DNA from: Octopus vulgaris
Lineage: Eukaryota
DNA: 64,000 nucleotides
Assembly (NCBI GenBank): GCA_951406725.2
Contig: OX597827.1
Span: forward strand, 26,226,001-26,290,000
Reading direction: 5' to 3'
In this document: piece by piece, positions 56,766-64,000 of the stretch
Position numbering within the stretch: the stretch's first letter is position 1
How the letters are laid out: each line of letters opens with the position of its first letter
The notes under the pieces: generated by a model
The model's input: the letters and a program-made list of their open reading frames with translations, nothing else
What the model was told of the DNA's origin: nothing
Databases searched by the model: none
Position numbers and translations under genes: made by a program

Positions 56766-57151
56766 TACAGGGTAAATGTTTTTCAATTTTCTCCTGGTTT
56801 ACGGAATTGACGTTATTTTGCGGTTAAAGCTTTTGGCTGTTATTTCTAGTGGGTGAATGGCCTATTATGGCCGTTCCTTGATTGTTGATATTGAACTTAA
56901 AAATGGTTTATGACTATTTAATTTTTTCCCACTAGGCCGCTGGTGGCAAAATAATTCTACAAAATTTTTTTTGCCACCCTATATTGATTAATTATGATAT
57001 TTCTGGTTAATTCCGTAATGGAATCGGCGGCTTATATTTATTTGCTGCCGATAAATTTGGCGCGAGTGCGACGATTTGAAAATTTTAGGTCAGATATTGA
57101 CGAGGTAGTAATGAGAATGCCTCGTGAAAAATATCTGTTCCGGTTTTGGCT

Positions 57152-57258
57152 ATTTCTTACTGATGAATCTAAGGGCCTATGGTAGATTGGCTTGATTTAA
57201 TTTAATCAGGTTAGTTTTCCATTAAACAGAAGATGAAACGGTGCATCGTCTAAGAAAT
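57152..57258 (+). ncRNA. Type I hammerhead ribozyme, unit 4
   Basis: Identical to unit 1. Confidence 0.93.
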
Positions 57259-57481
57259 TACAGGGTAAATGTGTTTCAATTTTCTCCTGGTTTACGGAAT
57301 TGACGTTATTTTGCGGTTAAAGCTTTTGGCTGTTATTTCTAGTGGGTGAATGGCCTATTATGGCCGTTCCTTGATTGTTGATGTTGAACTTAAAAATGGT
57401 TTATGACTATTTAATTTTTTCCCACTAGGCCGCTGGTGGCAAAAGAATTCTACAAATTTTTTTTTGCCACCCTATATTGAT

Positions 57482-57579
<98 letters not shown>

Positions 57580-57589
57580 CGTGATCACC

Positions 57590-57697
57590 GTGACCGACAA
57601 GGCTATCAGATGTTGCTACATATCGCCGGTCACAATGCGCTTCGCATTGTTTTAGCCTTCAAATGACGCCACCCCGCTGGCTAAGCGGGCAGGCCAA
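57590..57697. mobile_element. 108-bp (TA)n-embedded element, copy 3
   Basis: Matches 20961-21068; preceded by caccgtgat-cacc short repeats. Confidence 0.8.
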
Positions 57698-57724
57698 TAT
57701 ATATATATATATATATATATATTG

Positions 57725-58070
57725 TTTGTTTTACTTATTTCAGTCATTCGACTGGAGTAACGCCTTTAGTCGACCAAATCGACTCCAGGGTTTTATTCTT
57801 TGTAAGCCTTAGTACCTATTCTATCGCTCACTTTTGCCGAATCGCTAATTTACGGGGACGTAAACACACCAACATCGGTTTTCAAGCAATGGTTGGGGAA
57901 CAAACTGAAACACATACACACATGTATATATGTATGTATGTATGTATGTAAGTATGTATGTATGTATGTATGTATGTATGTATATGACGGGTTTCTTTCA
58001 GTTTTCGTGAACCAAATTGCCACGCAGTGAGACTGAACCCGGAACCATTGATTTGAAAGCAAGCTTCTTA
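57725..58070 (-). mobile_element. SINE family B, internally deleted (another 3' half at 60630-60820)
   Basis: Family B motifs. Confidence 0.75.
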
Positions 58071-58087
58071 TACATACACATACACGC

Positions 58088-58140
<53 letters not shown>

Positions 58141-58895
58141 AAGATATACATACATACATACACACATGCATGCATACATACATACATACATACATTCATA
58201 CATACATACATACATACATACATACACACATACATACATAATACATATTCATAACAAAAGCATACGTAAAAGAGAACATTTATAGTGAATTAATGCAGAA
58301 CTTCCAGCTCTTGTTACTTCACTATCAGTGCTCATTTGAACCTGTCATTCCCAGGTGCCTTAGACTATGTACAAACAGATTTACACAAAACACCAGAAAC
58401 ACAACATCTTTTCTATTAATGGTACAGTGACGATTCGCAAGAGATTCCAGAGCATTCCTATCTGAGATTCTCTAGGTGAATACATGCACATACTTAGGTT
58501 AGTGCTTCAACAGTGCTGCCAACCAACCAATTCAACCTCTAAATACAAACCCTGTTTAGAAAAATGTAAATAAAGCTGAAAGGAAAACACACATACACAT
58601 ATAGTGCGATGCCTGTACCGACCAGGCTGCCAGATGTTGATATCGAGCGCTTGTCATAGTGCCGTCCTTGAAATTCTTGTAGCTTTTCAATGATACCGCC
58701 ATGCTGGCTAGGCCAATATTCCACAAGGAATGAACGCCAGTCCGTCGTAGAGTTACCTATTTATAGCCGAATGAGTGGGACCAACGGGAAATGAAGAGTT
58801 TTCCTCAAGAATAGAGCATTATCATCGGTCTGCGTATTAATCCCACTGTCTTGTGATCGTGCGTTTCCCACTGTCAACTCTAGGCTATGCTCCTT

Positions 58896-58929
<34 letters not shown>

Positions 58930-59633
58930 TGCAGACGCACACACACACGTGCACACATTAATATATGTAACTTTTTCATGCATTGTTGTATGTGTGTGTT
59001 GCGTGTGTATATATGCGTGTTGTGTGTGTTGTGTGTATATATATATGTGTGTGTTGTGTGTGTGTGTGTGTGTATGTGCGTGTTGCGTGTGTATATGTGT
59101 GTATTGTATATGTGTTTGTTGTGAATGTATGTGTATAAATATATACATACACTCATATCTATCTATCTATCTATCTATCTATTTATCTATTTATCAATTT
59201 ATCTGTCTGTGTGTGCATGTGTTTGTGCGTGTGTGTATGTGTGGGTGTGTGTGTGTGCGTATATGTGTGTGTGCATGTAAGTATACGCTGAGAATGGTGC
59301 CTGAGGTTATCTTGAAGTAGAGTATCAAAGAAATTCAAAAACATTCGAAAGTCAAAGCTTTGTGGTTTATTAAATATCTAACTTTATTTTTCTCTTAATA
59401 TATATATATATGTTTATTAAATTTCCGACCTCAAAAGATCCTTCTCAAAAACTTTCCTTGTCTTTGTCGATGTTATTTGGTCAGAGTTTTGGCAGGGTTA
59501 TCTGTTTTAACTTATTCAACTGAATATGCTTTGCATCTGAAAAACATAATTATTCATCAACACATTATTGAAGGACGCCACAGGAGAAAGACCACGCGTC
59601 TGATTGACGCTAAGTTTGGTCATAACGGTGCTT

Positions 59634-60000
59634 CTAATGCTGACCATTTAAGTTGACCTCAGGGTTCCAGACAAAGACTCTTGAATCTTTTGAAAAACTC
59701 CTTTTAAGGACTGAAATGAAAAGAAGGAAAAGATGATAAAGCTACTCTTTATGAAACCGTTTGTTTGCGATTTTCTAACGCGTATCAAAATATTATTCGG
59801 CACAAACATACGTACATAAAGTTTTATATACACACATTATATACACATATGAATATGCGCATACATATATATATGAATATATATATGTGTGTATGTATGT
59901 ATGTATGTATGTATGTATGTATGTATGTATGTATGTATGTATGTATGTATGTGTATATATATATATATATACCGGAGTATTTCTGCTGCTTTTAATTAAA

Positions 60001-60034
<34 letters not shown>

Positions 60035-60216
60035 GCACACGTAGTCAGTGTTGGCTGTCGAGGAAACATTACCCAACACTGCAGAGCCGAGGTTTACTGT
60101 GTTCTTGTTTTTGTCGAGTCAGGTTTTTGTAATTTTGAAGTGTTTCGTGTGCAGCACAGGTCATGATATGCCCGATAACTTAGTGGACGCACAGTCGAAA
60201 CATTAGCATGACAAGA

Positions 60217-60262
<46 letters not shown>

Positions 60263-60552
60263 GATAAAATTTTTCGAAAAAATTTCATCAATGGTCAGCA
60301 TATTAAAAAATACCTTTAAAGGTTAAATTTATAAACAAGGACAAAAGAAAAAATTTCTAATGCCAAATATGCCGAAACTAGACACATCGTCCATAACCAT
60401 ATAATTCATCACTATAAGCACGCGTCTCGAGGAAACGCGTGCTTTCTTCAAAACGCGTGCTTATAGTGATGAATTATATGGCTATGGTCGATGTGTCTTG
60501 TTTCGGCATATTTGGCATTAGAAATTTTTCTTTTGCCCTTCTTTATAAGTTG

Positions 60553-60622
<70 letters not shown>

Positions 60623-61060
60623 AGTATATATTCTTATATTCTTTAGTTTGTTTCAGTCATTTCACTGCAGCCATGCTGGAGCACCGCCTTTAGTCGAACA
60701 ATTCGACCTCAGGACTTATTCTTTGTAAGCCTAGTGCTCATCTATTTTCTGAACCGCTAAGTTACAGGAACGTAAGCAGACCAACATCGGTTGTCAAGCG
60801 ATGGTGGGGGACATTCCCAGACCCACAAGCATATACACATATATATATACATGTATATATATATATATGTGTGTGTGTGTATGTGAGTGTGTGTGTGTGT
60901 GTATGTGTGTGTGTGTGTGTGTGTGTAGAGGTTCAATGGCAGTGGTTAGTAGTTTTATCGTCTTTTCCTTCCTTTCATTTTAGTCCTTATACGCAGTTTT
61001 TGAAAAGATTCAACAGTCTTTGTCTGGAACCCTTAGGTCAACTGAAATAGTCAGCATTAG
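59634..61060. repeat. Pair of about 113-bp inverted repeats (59634-59746 and 60948-61060)
   Basis: ctaatgctgacc...gggttccagacaaagact...ggaaaagatgataaagctact and its diverged reverse complement. Confidence 0.85.
60328..60548. repeat. Foldback with about 97-bp arms (60328-60425 / 60453-60548) between TA runs
   Basis: Arms are reverse complements with a few mismatches; 27-bp spacer. Confidence 0.9.
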
Positions 61061-62241
61061 TAACTACATACTTCATCCATAAGTTGACCCAAAATGTCCA
61101 TTCTTTACAGTGTGACGGAGTCCGGAAGCTGAAACTTGATAGCTGGTATCAACATTTGTCTTCCAAAAATTCAATTACATATACAACACACTACTAAATG
61201 TTATTCAGTGATTTTTCAATTAATGTTTGACATGTATTCAATTAAAAACATTTCTCTGTATGTCTGTCTGTCTCTTTGTGTCTCGATTTGTTCGGCTAAA
61301 ATCCTCCAAGACTTTGCTCCCGCATGGCCGAAATCAAATGACTGATACACGTAAAAGCATTACAGAATAATCAACCAATATTCCCTGTAAACTATGTTCA
61401 ACGGAAACACGGTGTGTATGTATTATATGTTTTATATTGCCGTATTTTAATTCGTGAAAGGAGCATCCATGTATCAATATTGAACGACTCCCTTAACTGA
61501 TGATGTTCTCTGTATAAATCTACTTTAAAGGACTTCATGTATTTATTTAACTTTGGGGAATAAACGACTGTTTGATCGTCCAACCTGATAGAGGAAGCAG
61601 TCCCGCCTCCCACATGTTATATATGTATATTACTGCCTTAAGAAAGCGAGTTATACTGCATATCATGGCCATCCAGGCATAATGTCTAACACAAAAAAGA
61701 TGTTAAGATGTAGTTTGTGAAGCCTTTCATCATTGACATGCTTGATCAAAGCTTACATGCAGGTAAGCAACCGTAAAGCAACAACAACAACAACAGCAGC
61801 AACTTTGAATTGGTCGTTGTCTTTTGATGTTCCATTGAAATAAAATTAAATGCTTTCTACATGTTCCTTGGATGAGACAATATGAACAATTTTATATCAG
61901 AGAAGCTGACGTCTTGTACGGTAACAAAACAGGAAATACAATGAACTGACAAACTATTTTTTTTTATTCTTACATTCTTAGATATCTTTTACATGTTGCA
62001 GTCATTCAACAACGGTGGCCATACTGGAGCTTCGCCTTGAAGGGTAAACAGTCTACACACACACACCACAAACACATACACACACAAACACACTACATAT
62101 ATATATTTATATCAAGAAGAAATTTAGATTCAGTTGAATTAGGTACTTAAGTTGGGGCACCAGAATTTAGTACGGTATTATCTATACAGTTTCAAAATAA
62201 GGTGATTAAAATCAAAATAAGCAACAGGATATCTAGAGGTA

Positions 62242-62329
62242 ATGCAGTACGATCGTTTCAAGCGACTTCATTTAATTGAAGAATGCAACCATTACATCAC
62301 TTTAAATGCTGAGCAATCCTCAGCTGCAT
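62242..62329 (-). ncRNA. Type I hammerhead ribozyme with long stem II
   Basis: Minus strand: atgcag CTGAGGA ttgc..catttaa..gatgtaa tgg ttgcatt..ttaaatg..gctt GAAAC GATC GTA ctgcat. Stem I is 6 bp, stem III is palindromic (ACGATCGT), and the cleavage site is GUA. Confidence 0.8.
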
Positions 62330-62569
62330 AAATACATAGCATTAAATCAAAAATTAAAACAAATGGACACATTAGTATAATTTTATCTAAAACCTCCAAG
62401 AAGGTAAGGAGATAGACAAAGAACATGCTATCTTCACTTCAGCTTAGAAGCTTCGGTATCTTTTGCCGAGCCGCTAATTTACGGGGACGTAAACACACTA
62501 ACATCAGTCGTCAAGCGATGTTAGCGGGACAAACACAAACGCACAAACATACACACATGCGCGCACACA

Positions 62570-62614
<45 letters not shown>

Positions 62615-63651
62615 TTATATATCACCATCACACCACATCATGCCACACCACGTCACACACCACCACCACACCACATCGCACCACACTCACATAGCTTCAT
62701 TTTGGGATCACCAATACATTATTATCTCCCCTTCTTTCTAGCTCTCCTTTCTAACTACTTTTGTCCAGTCAGCCGCCATGATTGACCGCTTGCTCCATTT
62801 TTTCTTAGTCTCTCTCTCTGTTTATTTCCTTTCTGTTGAACCTTCCTGAGCGTTAAACTATTACACCTGCTTGTTGCTAATATACATCTGTCCTCTTTTT
62901 TCTGTTTTTCTGTAAATTTCAACTTTATTTATACACATACACACACATATAAGTCGCTAAAATGGAATAGTGAGAATAAATGCTCTTCATCACATTGATG
63001 GAAAAATATTCTCTATTTGTGCGCTAAGAAGGCTACGATTGTTTTCATGCCGAGGGAAATCTCAGCAATTGTTAAGCTTGTCAAACTTGTCAGGCTTATA
63101 TCTGCTTAGACTACTCTCGGCATGAAACCAGTGTTAGTCATGTGTGTGCACGCGCGTGTGTGTAAGAGAGCGTGTATGTGTATGTGTGTATGTATATATG
63201 ACGGGCTTCTTTAAGTTTCCGTCCATCAAATCCATTCACAAGGCCTTGCTCAACCCGGGGCTGTCGTCAAAGATGCTTGTCCAACTTAGTACGGTGAAAC
63301 CTGAAAACATGTGATCGGAAAGCAAGCTCATTGTGTTCAAATCTCGCCTGAATCGACTTTAGCCTTTAACGTTTATGAATTAAGTACCAGTTATTGACAG
63401 TAATGATACAATGTCAATGGCTATATTACCCACCCAATCCAAAACTCGTGTTTAAGTTAGTAGCCATGGCTTCGTATTTAGTGCAAAAGAACAACACAGC
63501 AAAACACAAGTGTTAAACCAGAATTAGTTGTGTTATATCTATATGCTTTAATGTATCAGAGCTGCATAATTTTATCACATCCAGTCCAAAAGGACTGATG
63601 TAGAGAACCCGATGTAGGTAGAATATGTGTAACGGTGAGTATCTCTTTCCC

Positions 63652-63684
<33 letters not shown>

Positions 63685-64000
63685 TTATCTATCTATCTAT
63701 CTACCTATCTGACTGTCTGTCCGTCCGTCCGTCTGTCTGTTTGTCTTTCTGTCTACCCATCCAGTCAGCCATCCGTCTATCTATCAATCTATTTATCTGT
63801 CTATCTGTATGCCTATTTCTCTGTCTATCTGTCCATCTGTTTGGCTGTCAGTGTATCCATCTACCCACCCATCTATCTATTTATCTATCTAGCTATCTAC
63901 CTGCCTGTCTGTCTGTATGTCTATCTATCCGTCCTTCTCTCTATGTATCTCTGTATGTGAGTAAGTATATTCAATATTCATCACGTACACGCGGTGTCAC

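Larger units (their letters stand above)
55283..57484 (+). mobile_element. 493-bp tandem array (4 full units plus 230 bp) with one hammerhead ribozyme per unit: retrozyme-like / tandem pLTR element
   Basis: Exact 493-bp periodicity (ORF starts 55515, 56008, 56501, 56994), only a handful of substitutions, flanked by TA microsatellites. Confidence 0.92.

Noticed and set aside
55283-57484. CRISPR array or multicopy protein gene
   Set aside because: Units are identical over their full length with no variable spacers, and the context is eukaryotic. The repeated ORF is a consequence of the tandem repeat.

Overview
This is eukaryotic, AT-rich, extremely microsatellite-rich DNA that looks intergenic or intronic. 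The repeat content (tRNA-derived SINEs with CORE-, V- and Meta-like cores, dense TA/CA/TAA/GATA runs) is most consistent with an octopus or other cephalopod genome; this is an inference, not a database match. No host protein-coding gene can be supported, and almost all listed ORFs are microsatellite read-through. Recognisable content: four SINE families, two R4/Dong-type REL-endonuclease LINEs ending in (TAA)n, a decayed CR1/L2-group LINE, Tc1 and mariner fossils, a Helitron 3' end, and a Penelope-like GIY-YIG fragment. The most interesting signal is a set of hammerhead-ribozyme (HHR) elements sitting in (TA)n tracts. The main one is a young, near-perfect 493-bp tandem array (55283-57484, about 4.5 units). 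Each unit carries a canonical type I HHR with an unusually long stem II and folds into a G-U-rich branched RNA, like a retrozyme or circular RNA. An inverted partial copy precedes it, and that junction lies 4 nt from the predicted cleavage site. Further HHRs occur at about 9.6 kb, 9.95 kb and 62.3 kb, and a non-canonical minimal HHR family occurs at 21.7, 26.9, 32.5 and 32.8 kb.
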